A stretch of DNA of 63,617 nucleotides, filler included, from Reticulomyxa filosa (Eukaryota; Protista; Foraminifera), in assembly GCA_000512085.1 (NCBI GenBank). It is 23 parts of 23 records of this genome, joined end to end, with 100 filler letters (N's around TTAATTAATTAA, not from the genome) between each part and the next. Parts side by side here need not be neighbours in the genome. Positions count along the whole stretch, not along the records: positions 50,716 to 54,528 come from ASPP01025016.1; positions 54,629 to 55,674 come from ASPP01036573.1; positions 55,775 to 57,214 come from ASPP01011966.1; positions 57,315 to 58,897 come from ASPP01028259.1; positions 58,998 to 61,111 come from ASPP01021200.1; positions 61,212 to 62,240 come from ASPP01018594.1; positions 62,341 to 63,617 come from ASPP01028715.1; 16 more parts are not named here. One strand, 5' to 3'. A program made the position numbers and the translations under genes. Each line of letters starts with the position of its first letter. Positions within the stretch are counted from its first letter, which is position 1. The notes below the pieces were generated by a model. It saw only the letters and a program-made list of their open reading frames with translations. It was not told the origin of the DNA and ran no database searches. This document shows positions 51,561-63,617 of this stretch, piece by piece.

Positions 51561-53691
51561 TGTGATATTGTTGTTTTTTCAAGTTGTGTGCCAAAATATT
51601 TAAATAAATCCATTAAATATTGTTGTTGTTGTAAAGTGGTGCTATATTAAATATATAATACAATAATTGTCAAAAAAAACATATAATTACTACAAAAAGA
51701 GAAAAGAAAATAAGTGGAAATCTATTGTTACGTGTTTTCTGTTAGCCAAATTAAGACGTCTTTTGTCTCATCGGCATTTTTATTACACTCCTTCCATGCC
51801 TTTACGACAACCTCTTCAGTTATGTTGGGGAACGTTTGTTGAAGTTTTGCGAGCATAATGATGAAGTAAATCCCTTTTTTTATTTTGAAAGTTCGACTTA
51901 TTTAGAAATTTACAAAAAAAATTTGATTTGTTTAAAGGATAAACAAAAATAAAATTTGATTGAAAAATATTTTTCAAGCAAAAATTGCATTTATAGATCA
52001 ATGGTAATGTGCACGACACGAGAATAGTGTTATTGTTTATGCATAAAAATTTGTTGTATGTCTTACAAATTTCAAAATCTTTTTTTGCTTACGTGCCAAC
52101 AACGTTGTTTCGAGAATGTGTCTATTTACTAGAACTGTGAGTGTTTTCATACAACTGTAAGAAGCTCATGTACATAAGCTGTAAGTGTAACACGACAGAT
52201 GCTTTATTGAAAGCAGTTCCAATAAAACAAAAATGAGTTAAATCAAGAATAATTGACACCATTGGTATTGTCCACTATTTGCAACACAAGATGATTTCAT
52301 TAATGTTCTTGTTGTCGTATATACTAGTTTCACTGTGTGGTTCAAGTCAGTCATTCTTTTGTAGAAAATTCTTTCGAATTGTCAAGTCCAGAAAAAGTTT
52401 CACTGAACCAGTTGAAAAATGATATACGTATATACAAAATGTTCCTAATACGGTATAACTAAAAAAAAGAACACGAAATTTGGAACGATAAAATAACTTG
52501 AACACTTGGCTAGCAATGAGATCATTGTATATGTATGCATAATTGGATTTACGCACATTGTTGAAATTCTTAATGTTTGTCAACCACAGAACTTTGATTG
52601 GCAGAAAAATTGTTAGAGCTGGAACTTTGAAAAAGCTATTGCAAAAAGTTCTGATGAAAGATCATTCAAGTTTGCACAAAATTTGCCTTTAAAAAAACTG
52701 CTCACAAAAACGATTTGCAAAACAAAAAAAACGTCACACAGCGCCAACAATTTTATACCTATTCACAAAACAAACAATTCATCTGTAAAAAATAAAAAAT
52801 CGCAATCTTTTTATTTGAAAAATTAAAATCAAAATCAGATTCACCTACACAAAATTTTACATCACCAACGTCAGTGTCGGCAAGATATTTTGTCATCAAA
52901 AAAGGAAAAAAACATTAATCTTTTTGTCCATACCAATTATTTTTTTCTCTTTCACAATAAGTTTGCGTCGTTGCGCATCGTTTATTAATATTCTTTTTTC
53001 ACAATTTTTTTTATTTTGTTTGAAATATTTCAATAAAAATTCAGATCCACGAGACAAGACACAAATCTTCGTTGTCACTGTTATCAGAAACATTAAAAAA
53101 AGAAAAAAAACACGATTAAAATTTCTTGAACTTTTGTTTTCCACTTCAAAAAAATAGAAAAAGGTGATACCAGCTGCCCTAATTCGAATAAAAATTATCT
53201 GTTTGTCCTGACATTACGTTTAAGATATGGAAAGATAGTTATTCCAAATGAACATTTATGTAGACTGGAACTACCATTTGCTAAAGTGTACTCGCGTCAG
53301 TGCAAAAATCGGCTTGTACACAGAAAAATTTAAGAATAAAGCAGAAACGGTGTCAACTAACGGTTCATTGATTGAATTATGCAGTTTTAGAGATGCAATT
53401 AAAAGTTTTTTTTTTCATCACACAATGAGATAGATGAACACACATTTTATCATCGCTTAAAATGCTAGCACTATGTTCAATTTTTGTTCATTGAATATTT
53501 TAAATTGTCCTTGGAATGTGAACATTGTTTTCGTGTTGTTTATTAAATAAGAAAGTGTCACTAGTGCAAACATAAATTACATTCAATAAGAGATTTAATT
53601 GCAAAAATTAAAAGAGAAATATCATTCAAGGAATTTAAACAAATTAACACAAAAAAAAAACAAATTCAATGCTTCACGAAAAAAAACAAAA

Positions 53692-54528
53692 TTAAAGAGA
53701 AGACAAGGAAGGAATAACTTGACACTGAAACACATCGGTATCAAAACAAAATTGAACAAACTCATGATTAATCTCTTTAACACTTTGAATAAGTTTGGGA
53801 AATTTAGATTGATAAAATTGATAAAATTGATCTCGTTCAGTTGAATTAAGATACAACCGAAAATAGGTTTGACTGGATTCATCACGCCAATAAGAGGCCC
53901 TACTTTGAGTTGTAGAAATGTTTGCTTTTGCAACAAGAGCTTGTTTCACTGCGATTCCATTATATACTTCGTCAAATTCAGCTTTCAATTGCTTCGAAAG
54001 GACTTTCATCGATTCTGAGGGACGAACATCGCTTGGTTTCAAGATTGCATAGAAATCTTTTTTTTCGAACACAAAGCTCTTGTATTCTTGATATCTAAAC
54101 CATTCATAAATCATACCACCCAGACGAATTCGATATCCAACATTATGACTTCTCAAGTAACAATTTTGTGCATCTGTTTGAATTGGACGATATGGCCAAT
54201 CTTTCACTATTGATAATACATTTCCTTCACGAGGAGGACTCTTATTACCACTACAATACAAGTGTAGCATACTCTTATTGCTATTACTATCTTTCAATAT
54301 TGTTGCATCTCTAATGTGTTTCTTCAGCCATTCTTTGTTTTTTTCAATATTCAAACTATTTAATTGGAAGTATGCAACTAAATAAGGTTGGATCAATGCA
54401 TCATTGTTTGGATGAGGTGTATCAAATGGAACTGTGTCCATCCATCGATTATCCACTCGCGCTAAAATAGAGTCCGATGCTTTGCACAAACTCAAATAAA
54501 TACAATGACCTTCATGACCAACCACCAA
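53692..54528 (-). CDS. Putative cysteine protease/acyltransferase with His...Asp/Asn...Gln-Cys order (CE-clan-like), 5'-partial, no intron in the visible part
   Basis: GHEGHCIYLSL...RVDNRW...IQTDAQNCYLRS in an uninterrupted 278-codon frame. Confidence 0.5.
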   Translation of the reverse strand: MVVGHEGHCIYLSLCKASDSILARVDNRWMDTVPFDTPHPNNDALIQPYLVAYFQLNSLNIEKNKEWLKKHIRDATILKDSNSNKSMLHLYCSGNKSPPREGNVLSIVKDWPYRPIQTDAQNCYLRSHNVGYRIRLGGMIYEWFRYQEYKSFVFEKKDFYAILKPSDVRPSESMKVLSKQLKAEFDEVYNGIAVKQALVAKANISTTQSRASYWRDESSQTYFRLYLNSTERDQFYQFYQSKFPKLIQSVKEINHEFVQFCFDTDVFQCQVIPSLSSL

Positions 54529-54628
54529 NNNNNNNNNNNNNNNNNNNNNNNNNNNNNNNNNNNNNNNNNNNNTTAATTAATTAANNNNNNNNNNNNNNNN
54601 NNNNNNNNNNNNNNNNNNNNNNNNNNNN

Positions 54629-55400
54629 ATTGAAATTTGAGGACCATGTGTACCTGGCTTGCCAGCCGTTGCCGGCCATTTGACTGTGCCGCCGTGGCAT
54701 TGGCCAAAAAATCATCCAACACAAGTCTGATCCATATCCCTTTGGCAAACTCCGTGGTGAAATACTTTTTGCTATTTACATTTCCATCATCTTTATTGAG
54801 CCCCAATGTTGTAATTTCAATCCAATAATTTCGCCGTCGCTGAGTACAAGGTCAGTTAGGACAATTGCGGGAACACTTTGTGAATGTCTTTCGTCGTTAC
54901 AAATAGTCCATAGCCAGGTCTTGTCGAAAATTTTGCCTTTGCCATTATGGCCTTGAGCGACTGATTTATCCAACTCGATTTCAATGCTTTCATTGCTATT
55001 GATTCCATTTTGTGAAATATATCGAACCGTTCCTTTTATATACGCACATACATATACATATATGTATTATTATGTGTACATATTTTTTTTATGTCATTTG
55101 TTTATCATTTGTCATTTTGTTTTGTTTATTCAATAAATTATTATAAAATAAACCTGTTCCGTCCAGGTTCAAATACTTTTGGTCGGAGGGGACCTTCAAA
55201 GCCTTGCCAATATCTTTGGATCCTCGTCCGGTTTTGCAACTAAAGTATCGCTTTCCATTTTTCGACCCATCATCTGCATTTTCGTCCCATTCGTTGAGTT
55301 CCACCGACAAATTTTTCACCTTTGCACAGTATCTGACAGCATAAAACCCAAAACAGTTTCAATCCAAAATGTTCTTACAAAATAATGCGTCCCTCCCAAA
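54629..55400 (-). pseudogene. Multi-CAP-Gly domain pseudogene
   Basis: VELNEWDENADDGSKNGKRYFSCKTGRG, IELDKSVAQGHNGKG, DGNVNSKKYFT and FAKGIW. Frameshifted and deleted. Confidence 0.7.
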
Positions 55401-55945
55401 AAAAAAAAGATGTGTGTTTTTGACAGGTTATCGTATACGTTGTTTGCTCACTTAGCGACTACTTTTTCATCTACGCAAAAAAAAAAAAAAAATTTGTCAA
55501 TCCGATTCCCACCACAGAAATTATAATTTTGTCCAAATATTTTTGTTGCAATGATTGCAAGTCGCTTTTTTTTTAGGTGCTGCTGGAGATTTACATGCCA
55601 AATATCATTGGGTTAATTGTGTATACACCTACCTGTGGCTTTTTCTCTGTTTTCTCTTTTTCGGTATCAGACCTNNNNNNNNNNNNNNNNNNNNNNNNNN
55701 NNNNNNNNNNNNNNNNNNTTAATTAATTAANNNNNNNNNNNNNNNNNNNNNNNNNNNNNNNNNNNNNNNNNNNNAAATACAAATACAAATACAAATACAA
55801 ACCCAAACCCAAACCCAATACTGCATATAAACGCGAACACAAATTCGAACAAAGGAAAGCGACGTGAGAGTATGAATGCATTGATATCGGAGCGACAATC
55901 TCTGCAAAACACGCCACTATCGCAGCGTAGTGACAGACCCCGAGC

Positions 55946-57085
55946 ATGCCTTCGCCGCCCCCACGGACCCGGAGGGGAGAACTGGAAGAGGTGAGCAGCG
56001 AGAGTCTGCGAGACAACCCTTACGCCACGTTGTCCACGATCCGTCGGGTTAGTCTGTCGCAACAAAGGAAGTTGTCATCGTTGAAATTGAATGAGACGGA
56101 TGTCAAACGAATGCCGAACAATGAGCCCATCATCCGTGAGGATGTGGAGACGGACAATATGAAGGACTACTCGCCCAATCGACCTAATAACACAAGCAAT
56201 GGTAATGTCAATGGCAACGATATGAATACCAATATCAATGTCAATGTCATTGCCAATGACAAGATGACTATGATGACGACGACGACGACGGCGACGACGA
56301 TGACAATGACAACGATTCACATGGTAGGCCCCATTGCAACGGAGAAAGTAGATCATTCCATTGCGACGAAGCATCCGAGTGGAGTAAGTCCATCACCGCG
56401 ATTGCACTTGGAAAGTAATGAGCCCACCAATGTCCATGCCAATGGCAACGCCGGCTTCTTATCCCCAAAGACAATCAAAAGTCCGTTGAGTGTGGAAAGG
56501 ACGTCTTCATTGCACCAATTACAACACAGCAATTCCAATCCACCTCCACTTGTCTCTGCCGAGCCCCGAAAGCCAAGTGCATTATGGCCAGCACCAAGTT
56601 CTGTTATTTCTGTCCATTGTATTAAAAGAATATAATAACATCATATACATATATATATACTCATTGTAGAAAAAAAATGGTTCGAAGAACAAAAGACACA
56701 ATGGATACAAACGGTAATCGAATGTGCGTCTCGCTTTGACGTGAGTTTACCCGAAGACATTGCGGAAGCGATAGTGCTGGATAGCATAATAGTGCCGGGA
56801 TGCTATTCGTTTTCCGGAGTGCTGTTCCCGCCGCAGCGCACGGAGACGGACTTGTTTGTGGACTATTGCCAATTCGACACGGGATACAAGGAGGTGAACA
56901 ACAAGGTGTCCAATGGCATTCACTACAAAAGGAAGAAGCCGAAGCCGCAGCCGAGAAAGCCGGAAAACAACACGTCGTCGTTGTGGCTGGATGAAGACGG
57001 CAGTATCTGTGGCTTTCGCTGTGTGTGGGTACAAGCGCCTCGTCGTCAAATGGTGTTGGATCAAAAATATGCTGTCTCTACTGTA
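55946..57085 (+). CDS. Hypothetical protein fragment (Asn/Thr-rich region followed by a globular domain)
   Basis: Frames 55946-56600 and 56670-57085 with an intervening TA-rich intron. Confidence 0.55.
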
Positions 57086-57943
57086 TGTATGCAAAATTTT
57101 TTTTTTTTTATCATTTAAAAAAAAAAAAAAAAAAAAAAATTTTTGTAATACAATTGAATTGAATTAAATTAAATTAAAAATTAAAAATTAAAAATTAAAA
57201 ATTAAAAATTAAAANNNNNNNNNNNNNNNNNNNNNNNNNNNNNNNNNNNNNNNNNNNNTTAATTAATTAANNNNNNNNNNNNNNNNNNNNNNNNNNNNNN
57301 NNNNNNNNNNNNNNATGACAAAGGAACATGAACCAATTGAATTGCACCCGAACGAATCTATCGCCTTTGATTGGATCTGTCAGCAACCATGAGAAATCGT
57401 AACTTCGTATTGTGCTGGGTTCTAAGATCGCGAAAGTAACCAAAAAGGAGCCAACGATGGAGCAAAAATGACAACATATCGGAATCAATCAATTCTCACG
57501 TAGAACGTGAATGACAATACTGCCAAGATCATCGACCCGTAAAAAAACTGTACCACTCAAACCACGAATTCATTTACTCACTATACGTGTCAATGTGAAC
57601 AAAGACGACAAGGAATTCCTGGCTTTGTAGATATTTAGGAAAGTTCAACAATTGCATTTGCATGGAATGATTCTAAATTGTCCAAAAAAAAAAATTGGTG
57701 TGAGTCCTAAAAAAAGAAGATTGGCTCCAGAAACTTCCACATGACCGAAAATGATTAAATAAACGATCCCCACTTGCCAAACTCGATTCGAAAAGGATTC
57801 AGGCGTGTTACTTTCACAAAAATGACGATTGGAATCTATCACAATGGAGAATACTACCACTTGCAATCAAATAAGGACAGCACAAATTTGACATGCACAT
57901 TGGAGTCGAGAAAGAATATATGCCAATCTAGGCTTTATCAAAA

Positions 57944-58230
57944 ATGAGTGTAATTGTATTGTGCGGTGGAAGCACGTTGTTTGATAAAAAAAATTTCGTT
58001 ATCATGTCCAGTCAGCAAAAGGCATATATCAGTGAAGAACCATACTCGCAATCCCGACTTGAAACTTTTCTATCAGTTTGTATGCATTTGGAGATGTTTA
58101 ATAAAGATCTTGTTCATGATGATTCGTTGGGCAGAGTAGATGTTTCGTTGGAAGAAGCAAAAATTAAAAAAAAGTGACGGAGGTACGATTGATCGATGGT
58201 TCAAGTTTAATAGTGTATTTAGATGCTTGT
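57944..58230 (+). pseudogene. C2-domain remnant
   Basis: LEMFNKDLVHDDSLGRVDVSL resembles the C2 motif +EV.D.D....D.LG...+.L. Surrounding frame broken. Confidence 0.5.
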
Positions 58231-58997
58231 TTTATTTCTTTTTTTTTTTTAATACACTTTGATTGAATGAGTGTTGCATTGAACATTTTCAAAATATGCG
58301 TGAAATGAGATTGACAGGTAACAAAGGTGATATTCATGTTCAAATGGGTCGTGACAAAATTCAAGACAGAAAACTATGATCACCAAATTCGAATTCGCGA
58401 AACTCGTAAACACGCTCCAAGGTTGTTCAAAAGCGATTGTTGGAAAAATAATTTCATCAACGAATCTACTTTATGTTCATGGGCAACAATCGCTGTCTTG
58501 GATAACATGTCCTTGTAATCGATATCAAATACTTTTGTAATTATACATATGGATAGGCAGGCAAGAAACATTGCATTGTGAGAAGATTTGTTTTGAAGCG
58601 TTCATGATCGTTGATGACACTTGTTTTGTGGTTATTTTCTTGCAATAAATATTTTTTTTATCGTGAAATGAAATAATGACATATAAAAATAGGCAAAGCA
58701 ACTGTGGAATTGTGGACCATACCAAGAAGGAAGAAGTAATAATTGGATATTTGCATTTGAAACAAGACCAAGAAGATCAAAACAAGGACGAAAAGGTGTA
58801 AATAATAGCATATTCGTTTTTTCTAAATCCATACAGATTAAATCTATTTCAATAACAATAATAATGACAATAATACCAAAAGTGCAATTTGATCCTGNNN
58901 NNNNNNNNNNNNNNNNNNNNNNNNNNNNNNNNNNNNNNNNNTTAATTAATTAANNNNNNNNNNNNNNNNNNNNNNNNNNNNNNNNNNNNNNNNNNNN

Positions 58998-61111
58998 GAA
59001 CATCTTCAAATCTCAATATTTCATCCCACATGGTTCCCATCATTTCTCTCCATTCCTCCATATCTGAATATCCATTTCTAGCAATTTCTATCATCCAAAT
59101 ATGCAGTGATGATTTTTCTTAGTTCTAACACTCGTTTGGCAAATTCAAAATTGGGAGTACCATTCGGATTCATTGCCTATAGTTTATTTTAGAATTAACT
59201 AAAATTCTTAAATTTTTTAATTTTTAAAAAAAAAAAAAACTGAAAGGATAGGAAACCACAATGGCTGACCAATGACATCTTCAATACGAACATCTTTTGT
59301 CGATTCAATATATTTTGGAGAACTTTTTAAACTGTTCTGCAAATAATCACTAATTTCTTGTTTTTGTTTTTCAAGCCATCCATCATTATTATATTCTGCA
59401 CAATCACGAATTAAAAATACAAATTTTATATCAGCCAATTGTCGACTTGTTTATCTTTACTCAAATTAAGTTTATCATAAGCCCATAATATGACATCTAA
59501 ACATTGAGCAAATGTTGCCACTACGCATAAAATTCAAAATAAATACTCGACTACTCGCTAATGATCCCAAAATTATTTTATTATCTTTTTTGGTTCCACT
59601 ATCAGCTTCTTTTTGATCAGAGATCTTTTCTGGTGCACCTACTCCTTCAGAATCAAACTAAAATAATTTCTTTGTCATTACATGCAATGCGACAACAATT
59701 GATTCCTTTCGTAGTTCGACCTGCGGAAGCTTTTGCATCAATTCCAAATAAACGACGTAACAATGTTGATTTTCCTGATGATTGTGGACCTGCTATTGCT
59801 ATGGAAACTACTGGTTGTTTTTTTTTCCCCTTCACAAATAAATACCTTTGAAATAAAATCATCACTCATTCGACTTTGATCACCATCACAAAATTCAATT
59901 GGAATACCTGTTTCAAATAATCTCCTTGCAAAATCTGACACACAATTTTCAAAACATTCCAATTTATTTTTCAATTCCAAAGGTACGTTTTCTCATTCAC
60001 TTCTAAAATTTGTCTTCAAGTTTATTCAATTTTTTTTTTTTTTTTTTTTTGCAGACCTTAAATTTTTCCTTCAAATCGACAATTGCAAGCGCTTCTTTAA
60101 ACAAGTCATAACTCGTAATTTGGTTTTTCTCAATTATTCGAATATGTTCAGTGATTTTTTTTCAATTGCGATTTTTCGTTTTCCTCGGTTGCTTTGGAAA
60201 GCTGGTCTTTCAGGGTTTTATAGTAACTCCAATCTTTTGCATGCGTTTGTCGATTACGTTCACTAAATATGTCATCCAAAATATATAACATTTCACTCTG
60301 TTGCCACAATTTCGATTCCAATTCGTTGATATTAGAATTGTCATATAATCGTGGGAGGCAATACTGTTGATATAATTCAAATAATGGATGAAATTTGCAA
60401 CCAACCGCCTTTATCAAAATACGACTTGCCTCTTCAAATGATTCGTAATTACTAAATTTTCGACAATATTCGTCATATTGACATTTCCAAAGTTCAAAAG
60501 GTAACATTTCACTTTTGTTTTTGATATCAATATCTTTTAATATGTGCATCAACTTACTTTCAAAGTTTTCTACTTGACTATAACGAGCTTTTATTTGTAT
60601 CTATTTTTAAAAATTAAAAAAAATTATTATTATTATTATATGTAAATATTTATTTAGTTTATTTGAATAACCTCAGAAAAAGGTTCACCCGTGGCTTTAT
60701 TCATATAAAAAGGTTCAATTGCATCAAATGGCAATAATACATGATGTTTTTCAATTTCAGTCCACCATTGCACGTGCATATCTGCCTTTTCTGTTTGTTG
60801 ATTCAGCCATTGCTTTACTCCATTTAGACATTGTTGCAATCCATTCTGTTGCGGGGGCTTTGGTGAATAAAATATATTGTCTGTACTCTTCGAATTTGCT
60901 TTCATTACTTTGCAGTCCTTTACTACCAGTGCGATTTGACATTTTGGTGCTTCATTCTTTCAATTACAAAATTTAAATACATTATTTAAAAAGATTTTTT
61001 TTTTTTTAATTAATGAAAAATATAACTCCAAAACTTTTAATTTTTTTAGGAGTTCCTCCATTTCAGGACATTTATCGGGTTGAATACCAAACAAATCGTT
61101 TTTGGTTTTTT
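58998..61111 (-). pseudogene. VLIG-type (GVIN1/URG4-like) very large GTPase gene, partial and frameshifted
   Basis: PIEFCDGD, VSIAIAGPQSSGKSTLLRRLFG...ASAGRTTKG (G1/G2), D.EG (G3, frameshifted), FVFLIRD (G4). Confidence 0.75.
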
Positions 61112-61211
61112 NNNNNNNNNNNNNNNNNNNNNNNNNNNNNNNNNNNNNNNNNNNNTTAATTAATTAANNNNNNNNNNNNNNNNNNNNNNNNNNNNNNNNN
61201 NNNNNNNNNNN

Positions 61212-61250
<39 letters not shown>

Positions 61251-61252
61251 AG

Positions 61253-62240
61253 GTAGGATACTTATGCGATAATGGAATGGTTGCTGCAGCTGAAATACAT
61301 ATAAGACAACCTGGCAAATTATTTATCTACTTTTTGGACGAGTGGCAACGCATTCCTGGAGAAAAGTTTATGTGGATTATGTTGCCAAGCACAAGACTTC
61401 GACCCAAACCGACCAGATTTCCACCCAATTATATGGCCAGTTCCGGCGCCTTGGTCTCATCCTATCCCGACACAGTCTCCAGATCCATTCCTACCACGTC
61501 AAGGCCACAATCCACTTCTTATGTCAAACGAGAAGAGCCTGTCTATCAATTGGAGCCAAGCAAGTACAATCCCAACTCAAAAAATCTGTATGTGCTGACC
61601 GGAGTGCTAATCCATCAAGGCACTCCATACCATGGCCATTACCACACCTACATCCGTGACTTTATGTGGGAGGGTCCCAAACAACCGTCGAAGCCGACGA
61701 CCAATGAGAAAGACAACGAGTCCAAAACGGAGGCCATTGAAGATGCGGAGCAATATTGGTACGATTTCAATGATTCTGTCGTCACTTCCATTGAAAAGAC
61801 AACTGTTGCAAAGCAATATGGAGGCAACTTCGAGTGTGCATATATGCTACTTTATCGTCGACTCGATCGAATGAACTCCGTTCCGGTGGTATTGCCTCCC
61901 GTTTTGCAGCAATATATCAACGAATACAACGCAGCGGCGCGCGAAAATCGATTAAAGGCCATTGAGGAAAACAATGCGATTGAAGTGAAGATATTGCTGC
62001 CATCGTGTTTTGAAGTCAACACCAAAAATAACACACTGACAATGCAGCCATTTGTGGTGTCGTTACTGAAACAATTCATCCGCAATGGACAAATGAAGCA
62101 ACTGGAAAAAGATAGACCACATATCATTTACGGAGACATTGACAAAAGAGAATACGAGCCATTTGAAGACGAGACACAAAGTGAGGACGACAATCACAAT
62201 GAAGACGGCTTTGATCACAATGTCAATGTCAATGTCAATG
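61253..62240 (+). CDS. Ubiquitin-specific protease (USP, C19), His-box region, USP40/USP47-like, partial
   Basis: YVLTGVLIHQGTPYHGHYHTYIRD, WYDFNDSVVT, YGG..ECAYMLLYRR. Confidence 0.9.
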
Positions 62241-62340
62241 NNNNNNNNNNNNNNNNNNNNNNNNNNNNNNNNNNNNNNNNNNNNTTAATTAATTAANNNN
62301 NNNNNNNNNNNNNNNNNNNNNNNNNNNNNNNNNNNNNNNN

Positions 62341-63180
62341 CACTTTTTGCCTTGTGTACTGCTTGTATTCTATCTGGTATTGAATTTTGTTAAGTTCGTG
62401 CATGTCTATTTGTCAATTTTTTTAATTCTAATTCAAATTGTTTCTAAAGTTCTTCTTTTGATCTGAATGGTCCATTTTTGAATATTTTTGTTTTCACTAT
62501 CCACTACATATTTTCGATTTGGTTCAGGTTCGGAGAATTTAGATTGAAATTCAATACGTTGATAGCATAAACTATTCTTTTGCTGTAATTGTTGTGTGGC
62601 TAGTTACATTATCTTGCTGAAATATCCAATCTTTATTATCTTCTAAGCATCAATTAATGCTTTTTGAGCATTTCATCACCTAGAACTTCTTTGTAAATAT
62701 TTGCATTGACATATCAATTAATGTTATATTCATAACCAGGTCCTAACACTAAAAGCAAGACCACACGATTATGCTTCCACCACTAATTTTTGATGTTTTT
62801 ATGATTGAACACCAGCTTCCATTTACACACATTCATGACTTACACGAAATTTTTTTGCAACTTTGAGCGAACTTCAATATTTCATCATTATTTGGTTAAT
62901 GAAATAAGCAAATTTCACATAATTTGAGCAATGAAAATTGAAATGCATGAAAGATTGAGAACTTTCAGTGAAAAAGTAATATCATTTGTCAAACATTGTT
63001 TGTGTCCTTTTTGAAATAATGAAAGTATCAAAAACACGAATGTTGTACCTTTCTTTTTGAATTAACTTGTTTCCTTAAAAAATGACAGATGAAAATCAAT
63101 TCTCAAGAATTTTGAAATGATTTAAACTTGTGTAGCTTTACATTAATACATTTATTAATTTTCTCAAGTGCTTTTTAATC
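62341..63180 (-). mobile_element. Degenerate Tc1-like (IS630/Tc1/mariner) DDE transposase
   Basis: Hand translation gives KISGGSIIVWSCF (62761-62790), VNANIYKEVL, WIFQQDNVTSH (62600-62628), SPNLNQIENM* and SIPDRIQAVHKAK. Many stops. Confidence 0.85.
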
Positions 63181-63575
63181 CTTATTCAAGATATTGAAAA
63201 TGTAGCAATTTTTGTTGTAATAAATCCTTTTTTTTCATTTTTATAATTCTCAATTTTTTGTAGTAAATATTGTTGATTTTTTTCAACAGATAAAATAATA
63301 AATTGACATGGATCTGTAATTTGTTTTTTTGCTATATTATAACTATCCTCCAAGTTAACTACTTCGGATTGCAATTTTTCAATCATTTTCAATACTTTCT
63401 TAATGTTTTCATATATTTTATCCATTTTACTATGATCATTTGAATGTAATATAATAACTTGTAAAATTGTTGCAATTGTTTTTTGTTCAATTTTTCCATC
63501 GTGTTTTTATATACTTGTCACTCTGGAATTGTTCTAAACGCCTTTAATAAATCTACTTGCTAATCACTTCGACAC

Positions 63576-63617
63576 TTTAGGGCTTAGGGCTTAGGGCTTA
63601 GGGCTTAGGGCTTAGGG
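63576..63617 (+). repeat. Telomere-like array: TTTAGGG + (CTTAGGG)x5 at the sequence end
   Basis: Perfect 7-mer tandem array with the G-rich strand running 5'->3' toward the end. Confidence 0.85.

Noticed and set aside
57155-57214. (TTAAAAA)n array at a contig end as a telomere
   Set aside because: No G-rich strand. It lies in an intron-like A-rich tract and is a simple microsatellite.

Overview
This window is not one locus. It is 23 short contigs (about 1-11 kb) joined by 22 artificial 100-bp spacers (N44-TTAATTAATTAA-N44). Twenty-two contigs are AT-rich eukaryotic DNA, most with short introns. EFL instead of EF-1A, expanded and often pseudogenised WD40/Kelch/HEAT/PUB families, and homopolymer/TA-rich introns point to a foraminiferan such as Reticulomyxa filosa (inference). 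One contig (32361-34702) is a GC-rich proteobacterial fragment carrying ptsI, waaQ and a waaG-like gene. Recognisable eukaryotic genes: a ~1400-aa TRP channel, CCZ1, PHO88/SND3, an ankyrin protein, a RING + degenerate mitochondrial-carrier fusion, a C1GALT1-like GT31, a TBC1D13-like RabGAP, a USP, a VLIG-type GTPase and a His-Asn-Gln-Cys protease-like ORF. Pseudogenes include EFL, G-beta, an ABC1 kinase, CAP-Gly and a Tc1 transposase. The window ends in a (CTTAGGG)n telomere-like array. The main finding is a ~33-aa module (IIxHWIRxxxIKxGWIxEFxKIIxxY) encoded on its own phase-0 exon. It occurs five times, N-terminal to four WD40 propellers and C-terminal to a Kelch propeller, and is a candidate lineage-specific F-box/SOCS-box-like adaptor.
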